From an uncultured delta proteobacterium (GTDB lineage Bacteria > Myxococcota_A > Polyangia > Polyangiales > B10-G4), in contig CAVSGI010000003.1 in assembly GCA_963727445.1 (NCBI GenBank), forward strand, positions 41,701 to 105,700: a DNA stretch of 64,000 bases. Reading direction: 5' to 3'. Every line of letters begins with the position of its first letter. Position 1 is the stretch's first letter. Positions 31,500 through 48,085 of the stretch are shown here, in pieces. Under the pieces are notes generated by a model. The model had not been told where the DNA came from and ran no database searches. It worked only from the letters and a program-made list of their open reading frames with translations. A program made the position numbers and the translations under genes.

Positions 31500-31608
31500 G
31501 CTGAGGGTTTGCGGGGGGGTACCTGAAGCTACCTCGAGGCCGGCGCCGAGGAGGCAAGCCGCGGGCCCGCGTGCCTGAGCGCCAACGTCACGCTAGCTCA
31601 CCGCCAAA

Positions 31609-34122
31609 TCAAGGCCCGGTCCAGTCGGCCTGGTCCGACGTAAAGTTCAGGAAGAACCAGAACCCGTTCACCGCAGGGCCGCCGCCCGAGGGGGTGTACA
31701 TGACGGTGTCGTCGTTGCTGCTGCAGCTCGAGCCGCTCGCGCCGCCATCGGCGAGGTGCTGGTAGAGCGAGTCGCCGGCCAGGGCCCCGCTGGGGATTAT
31801 TGCCGCCATCGCATCCGCCACCGTCAAGAACCCGGTGATGACGCCGCTGACGAGTTGGGTCGGCGGGGAGCCACCGGAGTAGGTCGCCGTGACCTGCGCG
31901 TCGATCAGCGGGATCGCCGTTCCGCTCACGGTCACGCTGAGGTCCTGGACGTCCGTCACGAAGCACGGACCCGATGAGGTGTTCGGCGCCAGGTAGTTGT
32001 ACCGCGACGGGTCGGGTGTGAAGCAGGTCATCCCTGCGGGGAGGTTCGTGCCGGTGTAAGGGAAGACGGTTCCCATGCCCACCTGGCAGACATCGGGATC
32101 ACCTGACGACGCACCCGCCATGCACTCCCCGTCCACCAAGTCGATGGGGTTCGTCATCATTGCTAGGTCCAGCGGCCGGTGCACCGTGATGTAGTTGAGC
32201 GTGTAATCGTCGACGCTGTTCTGCAGCGTGGTGTTCACCGGCTCGGCGAGACTGAGGGGGACGAAATCGGTCACGTCTCGGCATCCGAAGATGGGCAGAG
32301 AGGCGTAGATGTGCGGGTGCATGAAATCCAGCGTCTGCACCCGGAAGGCCGTCGGCCCCGTTCCCGTCACCGTGCAGTCCGGCTCGCAGCCGTCACCGGC
32401 CGTGAGGTTGCCGTCGTCGCAGGCCTCGGGCGGTGTCGCACCGGTGTCGAGGTAGCCGTCGCCGCAACGGGACTGGGCGCAGCTGGCCATGAGGCAGATA
32501 TCCCGGGTCATCATGCCCCGGTCGCACATCGTGCCATCCGCCGCCGCAGTTCCCGAAGCGCAGGTGTGTGCCGTGGTGTTGCAGGTCTCGGTGCCGTTGC
32601 AGGTGTTGCCGTCCGCGCAATCGCCGTCGGCGGTGCAGCTGAAGGTGCAGTCGTTGTCGCAGCCGTCACCGTTCGTCGAGTTGCCGTCGTCGCAGTCCTC
32701 TGTGCCGCCCATCGTGTCGTCCACGAAGGTGTCGCCGCAGCTGCTGGCCACGCAGGTCATCGAAAGGCAGATGTCGCGGGTGCTCGTCATTCCGTCGCGA
32801 TCGCAGACCGTTCCGTCGCTCGCCGAGCTGCCACCGGCGCAGACGTGGGTGGTGGTGTTGCAGCTCTCCACGCCGTTACAGAGGTCCCCGTCGTCACAAT
32901 CGGCGGCCGCGGTGCAGCTGTAGGTGCAATCGTTGTCGCACCCGTCGCCGTTCGTCGAGTTGCCGTCGTCGCAGTCCTCGCCGGTCTCCACAATCGTGTT
33001 GCCGCACGATGGCGCCACACAGGACCCGCCCCGGCAGACGTTGCCGCCACCGCAGGAGGTCCCGTCGGCCAGGTCCGCGGGGTTGGTGCAGACGTGGGTG
33101 CTGGTGTTGCAGGTCTCGGCGCCGTTGCACGCCATCCCGTCATCGCAGTCCGAGGTCATGGTGCAGCTGTAGGTGCAGTCGTTGTCGCACCCATCGCCGT
33201 TCATCGAGTTGCCGTCGTCACAGGTCTCCGAGCCCTCGACGATGCTGTTCCCGCACACGGGCATGGCGCAGACGCCCGCCCGGCAGACCATGCCGCTGCC
33301 GCAGGAGGTTCCGTTCGAGGCCATCGTCCCCGCCGTGCAGGTGTGGGCCGTCGTGTCGCAGGTCTCCGTGCCGTTGCAGACCATCCCATCGTCACAGTCG
33401 CTGTCCATGGCGCAGCTGAAAGTGCAATCGTCTTCGCAGCCGTCGCCGTTCATCGCGTTGCCGTCGTCGCACTCCTCCGTGCCCTCGACGCTGCCGTTTC
33501 CACAACGCTCGATGGCGCAGGTGTCGGAGCACCCATCGCCCGCGGTCGTGTTTCCGTCGTCGCACTCCTCGCCGGGATCGGTGATCGAGTTGCCACAGGT
33601 CTCGTCACTCGTGCAATCGCCAGAGCAACCGTCCCCGCTGTCCGTGTTCCCGTCGTCGCAGACCTCGCCGCCGTTGGCGACTCCGTCACCACACACCGGC
33701 CCGGTCATGCAGTCGGCCGAGCAGCCGTCGCCATCCATGGTGTTGCCGTCGTCGCAGACCTCACCGACGCCCAGGTCCACGATGGAGTTGCCGCAGGTCT
33801 CGTCGCTCATGCAGTCGGCCGAGCAGCCGTCACCGTTCACCGAGTTGCCGTCGTCACACACCTCGCCGATGGGCGAGTCGACGTAGCCGTTTCCACACCG
33901 CTCGAAGCTCATGCAGTTGGCCGAGCAACCATCTCCGTCGACGTTGTTCCCGTCGTCGCACAGCTCGTCGCCCAGGATCTCCTCGTCCCCACAGTAGCCG
34001 AGCCCACCCTCGCCCGCGTCCGCGTCGCCTCCCCCGCCGTCGCCGGGGCTCCCATCGTCGCCACAGGCGGCGAGGAGTAGAGAGAGAACGAGGAGAAGGA
34101 AGAAGGCATGCTGACGAGTCAT
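31609..34122 (-). CDS. Lipoprotein with Myxococcus Cys-rich repeats (DUF4215-like) and C-terminal beta domain
   Basis: Lipobox LAAC; about ten CG..E.CDDGN...GDGC...C repeats interleaved with CDDG..CNG.ETC units. Confidence 0.88.
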   Translation of the reverse strand: MTRQHAFFLLLVLSLLLAACGDDGSPGDGGGGDADAGEGGLGYCGDEEILGDELCDDGNNVDGDGCSANCMSFERCGNGYVDSPIGEVCDDGNSVNGDGCSADCMSDETCGNSIVDLGVGEVCDDGNTMDGDGCSADCMTGPVCGDGVANGGEVCDDGNTDSGDGCSGDCTSDETCGNSITDPGEECDDGNTTAGDGCSDTCAIERCGNGSVEGTEECDDGNAMNGDGCEDDCTFSCAMDSDCDDGMVCNGTETCDTTAHTCTAGTMASNGTSCGSGMVCRAGVCAMPVCGNSIVEGSETCDDGNSMNGDGCDNDCTYSCTMTSDCDDGMACNGAETCNTSTHVCTNPADLADGTSCGGGNVCRGGSCVAPSCGNTIVETGEDCDDGNSTNGDGCDNDCTYSCTAAADCDDGDLCNGVESCNTTTHVCAGGSSASDGTVCDRDGMTSTRDICLSMTCVASSCGDTFVDDTMGGTEDCDDGNSTNGDGCDNDCTFSCTADGDCADGNTCNGTETCNTTAHTCASGTAAADGTMCDRGMMTRDICLMASCAQSRCGDGYLDTGATPPEACDDGNLTAGDGCEPDCTVTGTGPTAFRVQTLDFMHPHIYASLPIFGCRDVTDFVPLSLAEPVNTTLQNSVDDYTLNYITVHRPLDLAMMTNPIDLVDGECMAGASSGDPDVCQVGMGTVFPYTGTNLPAGMTCFTPDPSRYNYLAPNTSSGPCFVTDVQDLSVTVSGTAIPLIDAQVTATYSGGSPPTQLVSGVITGFLTVADAMAAIIPSGALAGDSLYQHLADGGASGSSCSSNDDTVMYTPSGGGPAVNGFWFFLNFTSDQADWTGP

Positions 34123-34173
34123 CCGCCCATCGTACCAAAGTCGCCCGGGCGGAGAACGGTGCAGGTGTAGGGG

Positions 34174-35257
34174 CTAGTCGCACCCGCTGACGCGGGCGGG
34201 TGCGGTCGCCAGCCCTGCCCACTGAGCCCGCACGCCGGTGAAGCCCAGGCCCGTGCTGAGCGCCTCGCACGTCGTCCCCTCCCCTCCGCTTCCTCGGACC
34301 GCGCGCACGTCGGCCCGGATCTCGACGGCGCGAATCATCCGGTCGTAGTTGTCCGTCCCGTCGCAGAATCCCGAGGGTCGGCAGCGTCATGATGAAGTCG
34401 TTTGCGGGCCAGCGCCCCGCGAGGATCACGTTCGACAGCCCGTCCTCGGAGATCTCCGCGGTGAGAACCGCGTCCACCAGGCGGACCTCGAGGGACTTGT
34501 CGTCGGCGGTGAGGAAGAGCGACGAGCGGTCGGGAGGGGTCATCACCAACAGCCCGTCCGTGACGTAGGCGCCGTCGTCGTTGATCAGCGGCTGCTCCTC
34601 GTCATCCGTGACGAAGGCCTCGGTATCCGCCCAGAAGTAATCCATGCCGTCCCAGGCCGGCGGGGGCGGGAGCAATCCGTCGGCCGGCAGCGTCGGCACG
34701 CCGCCCATACCATCAGGCGGGGTCCCGAAGGCGCCCGGGGCGAGCGCGACCTCGACCTGGGTGTCGTTGGGCGTCCCGTTCCAGCCGCGCAACCGCACCA
34801 GGATGACGCCGAGCCCGAGCTCCTGATGCGCTTGGAAGGGCTCCTCCAGTTGCAGGGCGCCGACGATGGTCGCTTGGTACGCAATCTCGTGCCCGAAGGC
34901 GTTGTCAATCCCCCGCTCCCCGTCCTCTTCAATCCCGTCGTCTGGTGTCGGCGGCGTGCACTCGCTCACGAAGTCGGGAGCCTCGGTGCAGAGGCCGTCG
35001 AGGTCCCAGCCGATGCCCCGCCAGCCCGTTCCCTGTTCGATGTCCACCTCCTTGAGTACGTAGACACGTTCGGGCCCATCGCCCTCCCCCATCGCGGGGG
35101 GCGAGGGGGGGTCTTCGGGCGTGCAGGGCATGGCCGCGTCGAGCCCGTCCAGGAGCGTCTCGTCGAACGCCTTGCACCCAGCCACTGCCGCGAAGAGGAG
35201 CAGCACGAGGGCCAGCGTGAGGCTCCCCTCAGCGATACGGATTGGACAGGATCCCAT
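34174..35257 (-). CDS. Hypothetical lipoprotein; frameshift near 34368
   Basis: Lipobox VAGC; GWDLDGLCT and GIDNAFG motifs; shifted frame ends ..RVSGCD-TAG. Confidence 0.78.
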
Positions 35258-36779
35258 CCTCGTCGTCGGTCATTCGCCCGCGGCGCATCCCGCGCGTGTT
35301 GCGTCGCATCGAAGGGGCCGTGAGTTCTTCTTCCTGCTCTTGTGCAGGTGCGGTGGTGGCCATCTCCGTCATGGACGGCTCAGCCATGGCGGTCGCGTCG
35401 GTCTCGCCCGGTGAATTCTCCGCGGCCTCGCTCTGCTCAGTCTCCGTCTCCCCCTCCGCGGTCTCGGCCGCCGTGCCCGCCGCCCCTTCGGTTTCACCCT
35501 CGGCCGGAGGCTCCTCGTCCGCCCCTGGCTCGTCCGCGACCACGTCGCCGGGCGTCTCTGCCTTCGGCCAGAGCGCCGCCGCGAGCCCGCCGGCCGCGCC
35601 AAGCGCGAGGATGACCGCCACCACCAGCCCTATCGGGCGCTTCTTGGCGGGCGTGACGGGTTCGGGCAGATCCTCGATCTTCCCCGACACCGTCGGCGGC
35701 TGACTGGGTACGAGGTCTTCGAGCGCCTGGTGACGTCCGGTCGAATAGGCCTTCGGCGCGTCGCCGTCGAGCCGGTCAATCGCTGCCTGGATCGCTTCCT
35801 GCTCCTTCGTCAGCTTCGTCGCCGCCAGCTCACGAACCAGAGTCGAGACCTCGCGCGTCGTGCCCATGCCCCCAGTGGACACAGCCGCCCGCTCGATCGC
35901 CTCCATCATCTCCGCGCCGGTCTGGAAGCGCTCCTCGAGGGGACGCGCCAGCGCCTTGGCGATCACCGGATCGAAGGGCGCCAGCTCGGGGTAAACACTC
36001 GACGGAGGCGGGATCGGATCCTCGAGGAGCTTCTTCAGGGTGGCGATGTTGGTCTCGGCCTTGAACAGCCGCTGGGTGGTCAGCACCTCCCAGAGCACGA
36101 CGCCCATCGCGAAGAGGTCGGAGCGCTGCTCTGCGTGCGCCTGGCTCGCCGTCTCGGGCGCCGTATAGGCGAGCTTGCCCTTGAACGTGCCCTGACGCGT
36201 CGACGAGAGCCGGTACTCGGCCTTGGCGACGCCGAAGTCGGTGAGGCGCGAGATGCCGTCGACGCCGACGAGGATGTTCTGCGGTGAGACGTCTCGATGG
36301 ACCAGGTTCAGAGGATTGCCGCTGCCGTCCTTGAGCTCGTGCGCCGCGGTGAGACCCGCCAGCGCTTCGAAGACGATGCGGAGCGCCGGCCGAAGCGGGA
36401 GCCGGCCACCGGTCTTGTAGGGCTTGCTCAACAGGCCGGCGAGGTGATCACCCTCGACGTAGTCCATGACCAGGTAATGCAGGTCCTCCCACTGCGCGAC
36501 GTCGAGCGTGGCGACGACGTTCGGGTGGCGAATGCGCGCCGCGAGGCGGGCCTCGTCGAGGAGCATCGAGATGAACTCCTCCTCGTCGGCGAGATGCGGA
36601 TGGAGCACCTTGATGGCGACCAGCCGCTCGAAGCCGCCCATGCCGACCGCGCGGGCGACGTACACGGCGCCCATGCCGCCGGCCGCCAGCCGATGCAGGA
36701 CGTGGTAGCGGTCGACCTGATGGCCGACGAGCCAGTCGTTGTTCGTCTTGGCGCTCTTGCGCGCGGGGTCGTTCGCCAT
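35229..36779 (-). CDS. Membrane Ser/Thr protein kinase
   Basis: [32 protein letters not shown]; one TM helix and an acidic tail. Confidence 0.93.
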   Translation of the reverse strand: MANDPARKSAKTNNDWLVGHQVDRYHVLHRLAAGGMGAVYVARAVGMGGFERLVAIKVLHPHLADEEEFISMLLDEARLAARIRHPNVVATLDVAQWEDLHYLVMDYVEGDHLAGLLSKPYKTGGRLPLRPALRIVFEALAGLTAAHELKDGSGNPLNLVHRDVSPQNILVGVDGISRLTDFGVAKAEYRLSSTRQGTFKGKLAYTAPETASQAHAEQRSDLFAMGVVLWEVLTTQRLFKAETNIATLKKLLEDPIPPPSSVYPELAPFDPVIAKALARPLEERFQTGAEMMEAIERAAVSTGGMGTTREVSTLVRELAATKLTKEQEAIQAAIDRLDGDAPKAYSTGRHQALEDLVPSQPPTVSGKIEDLPEPVTPAKKRPIGLVVAVILALGAAGGLAAALWPKAETPGDVVADEPGADEEPPAEGETEGAAGTAAETAEGETETEQSEAAENSPGETDATAMAEPSMTEMATTAPAQEQEEELTAPSMRRNTRGMRRGRMTDDEDGILSNPYR

Positions 36780-37765
36780 CAGAAGCGCCCCCCCGCGCCG
36801 ACCATGGCGCCACCCTGGGGCAACGGCGAGACGTTGAGCCAGTCGACGCGCGCGCTCGCGTCGTCTTCCTCTTCGTCGGGCCCGCCAGACCAGTTGGTGA
36901 AGATGAGCAGGACCAGGCTGATCGCCCCGATCCCGCCCGTCACGACGTCGAGGATCGTCGTCCGGAGCTCCAGGTCGCGGCCGTTGTCGAGCTTGGCCTG
37001 AGTGGGGTTTGCCTCGTAGTCCGAGGCTGCGTCGAGGGTGTCCACCCACGACCAGATGGCGAGGCCCCCGGCGACCGCCGTCAGGCCGAGGCCCGTCAGG
37101 AAGAACGCGGGCGAGATGCCGCCGCCCCCCTCGTCACGAGCCGGGGGTGGCGGTCGGGTGTTGGTCTCGGTGTTGACGCTGGCCACGGGTGTCTGGACCG
37201 GCTCGGGCTCGGGCTCGGGCGCGGTGAGCTCGAGCTCCCGGCTCTCGCCCGCAGCTCCGCTGACGCGCTCCTCCACCCGGCCGGTGTCGAAGTCGGCAAC
37301 AATCGTGTGCTCGACGTCGGGGGTCAGGTAGAGCACCCGGAAGATCTCGCGCTCGCCGTCGACCTCCAGCTCGCCGCATGCCTCGCAGCTGATCGTCAGC
37401 TCGAACCCTTCTTCGTGCGCTCGTTCGAGGGGACGCTGAAATCGAGCGATGCGGTCCTCGCCGTACTCCTGTGCGACGAACGCGACCAGAGTCGCTGCGC
37501 GGAGGAAGTTCCCCGCGCGTTGATGAGCGCGGACGGCTTGAAGCGCGGCGGCGGCTGCGGGTGCGAGCTCGTTCGCCGTCTCGTACCAGCGCGCGGCCTG
37601 CGCGTAGTCGCCACCTCGGTAGGCGCGCGTTCCCCGGTCGTAAGCGGCCTCGGCTGCCGCCTGTCTCTCGGCGGGCGAGAGGTCGGGTTGAGCCCATGCA
37701 GAAGGCACCACGGCCAGCCCCGAGAGGAGCAAGGAAAACAGCGGCGCGAGATGCACGAGGCGCAT
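36779..37765 (-). CDS. Exported TPR-like / PEGA-like protein with C-terminal membrane segments
   Basis: Signal peptide, AYDRG..AY..GDY..AA..YE.A TPR-like helices, EVDGE beta region, two hydrophobic helices, C-terminal GGRF. Confidence 0.75.
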   Translation of the reverse strand: MRLVHLAPLFSLLLSGLAVVPSAWAQPDLSPAERQAAAEAAYDRGTRAYRGGDYAQAARWYETANELAPAAAAALQAVRAHQRAGNFLRAATLVAFVAQEYGEDRIARFQRPLERAHEEGFELTISCEACGELEVDGEREIFRVLYLTPDVEHTIVADFDTGRVEERVSGAAGESRELELTAPEPEPEPVQTPVASVNTETNTRPPPPARDEGGGGISPAFFLTGLGLTAVAGGLAIWSWVDTLDAASDYEANPTQAKLDNGRDLELRTTILDVVTGGIGAISLVLLIFTNWSGGPDEEEDDASARVDWLNVSPLPQGGAMVGAGGRF

Positions 37766-37937
37766 GGGTATAGAGGGACCCTCGAGGCCCGCTAGGAGCT
37801 TGGCACTACTGACGAAATTTACACTGTTTCCGGCGGCGGTTGGAAGGGTGAGCTTTAAGCCTACATTCCCCTTCCATCCCCCCTGTGGTGGCCTCGTCCC
37901 CCCACGGGCCAATTGCAGGGTTTGAAGAGGGTGGACC

Positions 37938-41926
<3,989 letters not shown>

Positions 41927-42076
41927 GACCACGTCGAAATCCCGTTGTTTTTACGGGAGATTTCGCCGGGGAAATATAGACCTGAGATGGGCGCTTTGGA
42001 AGGCGAAGCGGGAGTCTTCGGCGAGAAGGCGACGGGGCGACGACAGGTGGCCCGAACGCGGATTGGCGAACTCATC

Positions 42077-43965
42077 TCAAGCGTCTGCGGGCGGGTGCTC
42101 CCTTTCCCCACCTTCGTCTACCTGTGTCTCGAAGCTCAAACGGTGAAGGCGGGCATAAATCCCGTTCGCAGCGAGGAGCTCCTCGTGGGTTCCCTGTTCG
42201 GCGATACGTCCGTGATGAAAGACGAGGATGCGATCGGCGTGGCGGATGGTGGAGAGCCGGTGGGCGATGACCAACGAAGTCCGCCCCTCCACCAGCTCGA
42301 GGACCGCCTTCTGAAGCCGCGCCTCGGTCTCGCTGTCGATGTTGGCGGTGGCCTCGTCGAGGATCAGCAGCTGGGGATCGCGATAGAGCGCGCGGGCGAA
42401 GGCGATGAGCTGCCGCTCCCCTGCACTGAAGTTCTGCCCGCGTTCGTCGACGCGGGCCTCGAGGCCCCCCTCGCGGTTTTCGAGAAGACTCCAGGCGCCC
42501 ACGCGCTCGAGCGCCTCTCTGGCGCGTTCGCGGTCCACGTCGCGGCCCAGGGTCACGTTCGAGAGCACGGTGCCGGCGAAGAGGAAGACGTCCTGCGGGA
42601 CCATCGCGAAACGTGACCTCAGGTCGTGCCGGTCCAGGGCGCGCACGTCCTCGCCGCTCCACCAGGACGTGGCCCTGGTCGTAGTCGTAGAGTCGGAGCA
42701 GGAGCGCCGTGGTGGTGGTCTTGCCGGAGCCCGTCGCGCCGACGATCGCGACCGTCTCCCCGCGTCGCGACCTGGAAGATCACGTCGTGCAGCACCGGGT
42801 GCCCCTCGCGATAGGCGAAGGTCACGTCATCGAAGGCGACCACCACGTCCTCGTCGGCACGAGGCGCCTCGCCCAGCGAGCCTCGAACGCGGCGGCGCGT
42901 CAGGCTCGTCGGTGTCGAGGAGCGTCGAAGATGCGCTCGGCCGACGCCAGCGACTGCTGGATGATGGTGTACTTGGTCGACAGGTCGCGGATCGGGACGA
43001 AGAAGCGCTGGATGTATTCGTAGAACGCGACCACCGTGCCGATGTAGGCCGCCGAGACCGCTGGGTCGGCCAGCTCGGCGCGCGTGGCGGCGTACCAGAG
43101 GACGAGGCCACTGACGCCGTCGCCACCGACATCGACCACCGAGAAGAGGAGCGCGTCGTAGCGGATGAGCGGTCAGGTTCGCGTCGCGGTAGCCCGCGTT
43201 GATCCACTCGGTACTCCGCGTGACAGCGCGCCTCTCGGCCGAAGGCCTGGAGCACCGCGACGCCGTTGACCTGCTCGGCCAGATACGCGTTGAGCTGCGC
43301 GATGCGGGCGCGGATCTTGCGGAAGGCGTCGCGCGCGTAGCGGCGAAAGAAGCCGATCACCAAGCAGCCAGCGGCGGCAGCGGCCGCGAACGCGACGAGC
43401 GTCAGCTCGCCAGTCGAGGTAGAGCATGAAGCCGACGATGCCGACGAGCATCAGCACGTCGGCGACCGCCATGACCGCGCCCGAGGCGAAGAACTCGCCG
43501 AGCGCGTCGACGTCGTTGGTGACGCGGGTGACCACCTTCCCGACCGGCGTGCGATCGAAGTAGCCGATGTGCAGGCGCTGGATCTTGGCGAAGACGTGCG
43601 CCGCGCAGGTCGCGCGAGCGTGCGCTGGCCGGCGAGCTGCATCAGGTAGACCTGCCCGAAGCGCGCGAAGAACTCCGCGACGAGAACGCCGGCGAAAAGA
43701 GCCGACGACTCGTCAGGAGCGCCGAGGTGCTGCGCTCGACGAGCGCGGCGTCGATGGCGAGCTTCACCAGGAGGGCTGAAGAGCGAGGCCACCGAGGTGA
43801 CCGGCATGAGCACCAACGACAAGAGCAGGAGCTTGCGGTGCGGCGCGCGATAGGGCAGCAGGCGCTTCAAGAGCGCCAGGTCGTGCTCCTCGGCGAGCTC
43901 GGCTTCGTCGTGGAAGCCGCTCACCATCAGCCCGCCCTTCGGGGCCTCGCCGCGCTCGCGACGCT

Positions 43966-43969
<4 letters not shown>
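42077..43969 (-). CDS. ABC exporter ATP-binding/permease subunit B (frameshifted)
   Basis: VTRVTNDVD, GATGSGKTT, FSAGERQLIAFARA, LILDEATANID, IAHRLST. Confidence 0.9.
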
Positions 43970-45732
<1,763 letters not shown>

Positions 45733-45772
45733 GGGGGTGGGTCATGGGGCCTTGGGGCCCGACCGTCACCCC

Positions 45773-47437
45773 TTACTTCCTACGGCGCATCCAGATCAAC
45801 GCCGGAAGCCCGAGCAGCAGCGCCCAGCCGCCGATCGGCAGGGAACGGCCCTGTCCCGGCACGTCGCAGCCGCAGCCGCCGCGATCGCGGCTGGTGGTGG
45901 TCATCATCGTCGGCGGTACGTAGTCGGCCGGCGGCGCGCAGACGCTCACCCCGCCCGCGTCGTCGCAGGTGAAGCCGTCCGGGCACTCCGAGGCGTCATT
46001 GCAGATGGCGGTGCAGAAGTTGATGTCGCCCCGCTCCGCACACTGCAGGCTCGCGCAGTCCTGATTGCGCTCGCACCACTCGCCCACCATGCCCGCCTGC
46101 TGGCAGACGCCGCAGCTGGGCAGGGGCAGCGTGCTCATGATGCAGGAGAAGCCGTCCGGACAGGCGGCGACGCCGCCCGGGACGCAGGGCGTACCGCAGC
46201 TGCCGCCGACGCAGAAGAGCGAGTCGCAGTCGGTGTCGACGGTGCACGACTCACCGAGACCGGCTGCGCCGGCGTTGCCGGGAATGCAGCGGCCCTCGCC
46301 ACAGGTGCCGAGCGCTTCGCCGTCGCAGTAGTAGCCGGCGGCGCAGCTCGTGGGGTCGAGCCAGTCGCAGGTGTCGGTGCAGATGCTGCTCCCGTCGTCG
46401 ATGCGGACGCAGGTCCCCGAGTTGCACTCGTCGGGGGTGGTGCAGGGATCGCCGAGGTTGCCGAGGTCCACTGGGCGCGGAACGCAGCTGCCCGTCCCGT
46501 CGCAGCGCTCGGTCGCGCTGCAGTCGCTGTTGCTGGTGCACTCCGGTCCGGTCATCGTCATCCCGGCGCAGGTCGGATTGCCCGCCGCGTCGGTGGGCGC
46601 GCACTGCCCGCCGCCAGCGCTGGTGCCGAAGCAGCTGTTCTCGCCGCAGTCGGAGGGGGAGCTGCAAGCGGTCGTGCAATAGGTGGCGCCGTCGGGGAAA
46701 CGCAGGCAGAGATTGCCGGGGCCCCCGCACTCGCTGTTGTCGGAGCAGGGGCTGCAGAGGTCACCGCTGCCCGCCATGCGCTCGCAGGAGCCGGAGACGC
46801 ACTCGTAGCCCGCGCTGCACGGGACGTCCGGGCACGTCGCGCCGGTGCCGGGGTAGAGCGTGCAGATCCCGGTGCGATCGTCCGGGCCGATCATGTCGAT
46901 CCCGCCGTCATAGGAGGGATACATCACCGCCGAGCTCACGCTGGAGTGGCCGAGGCCCATGTAGTGACCGCTCTCGTGCAGGATGATCGAGTAGGCGTTG
47001 ACGTCGAAGCCGCGCCCACTGCCCGGGCCGGTCTGCCAGGTGTAGTCGTCGCCGTTCATCTCCATGTCGGCCTGGCCGATGCAGCGCCCGCTCCACTGGG
47101 GCTGGGTCTGGCCGATGACGCCGTTTCCGTAGCGCCAGCCGCTCTCGACCCACGCCACGACGGAGTTGCCGTCGAAGGAGCGCACGGTGTTGCTGGTGCG
47201 CCCGGTGTAGCTGGTGCGAAGGCCGCTGCAGTCCACGCGCGACCAGTCGTCCATGCCGCGCTGCAGCTCCATCTCGGTGGTGGCGACGCCGAGGTCGTCG
47301 TTGCCCGGGTTGTGAAGGGAGTACACCGCCGGCGAGCACCAGGCGGGCTGGGTGCTGTCGATGGGCGTCCACGCATGCGCGACGCCAGTCGGCGAGACGA
47401 GCGCGGCGAACGCCGCGAGGAGGACGAGGCGCTTCAT
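45773..47437 (-). CDS. Matrixin-family (metzincin) metalloprotease with Cys-rich repeats and MYXO-CTERM-like tail
   Basis: Signal peptide, HESGHYMGLGH, Met-turn AVMYP, GGCGC..LLLGL..RRRK. Confidence 0.9.
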   Translation of the reverse strand: MKRLVLLAAFAALVSPTGVAHAWTPIDSTQPAWCSPAVYSLHNPGNDDLGVATTEMELQRGMDDWSRVDCSGLRTSYTGRTSNTVRSFDGNSVVAWVESGWRYGNGVIGQTQPQWSGRCIGQADMEMNGDDYTWQTGPGSGRGFDVNAYSIILHESGHYMGLGHSSVSSAVMYPSYDGGIDMIGPDDRTGICTLYPGTGATCPDVPCSAGYECVSGSCERMAGSGDLCSPCSDNSECGGPGNLCLRFPDGATYCTTACSSPSDCGENSCFGTSAGGGQCAPTDAAGNPTCAGMTMTGPECTSNSDCSATERCDGTGSCVPRPVDLGNLGDPCTTPDECNSGTCVRIDDGSSICTDTCDWLDPTSCAAGYYCDGEALGTCGEGRCIPGNAGAAGLGESCTVDTDCDSLFCVGGSCGTPCVPGGVAACPDGFSCIMSTLPLPSCGVCQQAGMVGEWCERNQDCASLQCAERGDINFCTAICNDASECPDGFTCDDAGGVSVCAPPADYVPPTMMTTTSRDRGGCGCDVPGQGRSLPIGGWALLLGLPALIWMRRRK

Positions 47438-48019
47438 CGGGCGCCCTCCGTGACCAGACGCTTCACGTAGTCGACGAAGACCTCGAGGTCCACGGCCGCC
47501 TCCTGGCTGCCGTGCTCCATGAGCATCTCCCCACTGTCGTTCCAGTGCACGAGGCCCATGCCGTCGAGGTCGCGCACCACCGTGGGCGCCACTGCGCCGA
47601 TCCCGTGCCGCACCCGATACAGACCCTGGGAGAGGCTGTAGGTGCGGTACGCGCCCGGCCGCTCCGGATGGCTCTCGAGGAAGAGCACCACCTCGTCGTT
47701 CACCGCGAAGCGGGGGGTGCCGGCGATCCACATGCCGCGGTCCTGGACCTGGCCGCCGCGCTCGCGGATCGTCACGGTCGGCGCATCGCCGCCTTTAATC
47801 CAGCGGAGCACGCGCACCTCGGTGACGGTGATCGGCTCGTTGTGCTCCATGTCCCAACGGCTTCCGGTCTCGGTGACCACACCGTGGACGATGGCGTCGG
47901 AGCGCTGGGTCAGCTCCTCGAGCGTGATCTCGCTCGATGACCGTGGCATAGGCCACGACGCTGACGGAGAAGGTGGCCAGGGCGATGGCGCCCGCGGCGG
48001 CGGTTCTACGTAGGGACAT
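47434..48019 (-). CDS. Secreted protein upstream of the metalloprotease; frameshift near 47940
   Basis: Signal peptide, TLEELTQRSDAIVHGVV..GG......IAGTPRF...EVVLFL. Confidence 0.75.
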
Positions 48020-48085
48020 CTCGGCTTCCTCCCACCCGCGAAGAAGGGGGAATCTTAGGTAGCACGCGTGAGGTACGACTTCCGC

